Positions 63,793 through 64,000 of a stretch of DNA of 64,000 nt are shown here, one piece after another. Each line of letters starts with the position of its first letter. Position 1 is the first letter of the stretch. The position numbers and the translations under genes were made by a program. The notes below the pieces were generated by a model. That model was not told the DNA's origin. It did no database searches and was given only the letters and a program-made list of their open reading frames with translations. Origin of the DNA: Psilocybe cubensis (lineage: Eukaryota); the NCBI GenBank assembly GCA_017499595.2, contig CM039009.1, positions 124,001 through 188,000 on the forward strand, read 5' to 3'.

Positions 63793-64000
63793 GACCAGAG
63801 GCGAAAGTCACGTGATTGACAACATGTTCCATGACGCGCTGAAGACGCGACCAGGATGAACAGTGGATGAACGGATTTGAAGAGAAAACGGGCCGCCAAG
63901 GGCCTGAGAGCTTGTGTCAAAATTACGCCCAAAGTTTAAACAAGAGTTCCGATGTGGCTGTACCAAACACTGGTAAGAGAGAAGAGGAGAGAAGGGAGAG

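Overview
Intron-rich fungal genomic DNA; the intron signals and gene families point to an agaricomycete (mushroom-forming basidiomycete). The window is heavily colonised by transposons. The left part holds the 5' half of a Ty3/Gypsy LTR retrotransposon (minus strand, one gag-pol frame running off the window edge), several MITEs and four host genes (membrane protein, large low-complexity protein, BTB/POZ, F-box). In the centre, a minus-strand, apparently intronless acyltransferase-3 gene is cut into three pieces by two giant multi-gene DNA transposons. One is a 13.5-kb Plavaka element (24539-38068, CATCA..TGATG ends, 2-bp TSD, four genes). The other is a 15.8-kb KDZ (CxC2-type) element (38767-54575, CACC..GGCTG ends, 7-bp TSD) with a stop-inactivated transposase, an intact TET/JBP dioxygenase, an HMG-like gene, small genes and three nested non-autonomous elements. 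Removing both elements plus one TSD copy each restores the host reading frame at both junctions. The right part holds a small secreted protein gene and a Helitron-like region with hairpin-CAAG 3' ends, including an F-box/nucleotidyltransferase-like gene split by a nested Helitron-like insert. Family assignments come from motif recognition only; no searches were run.
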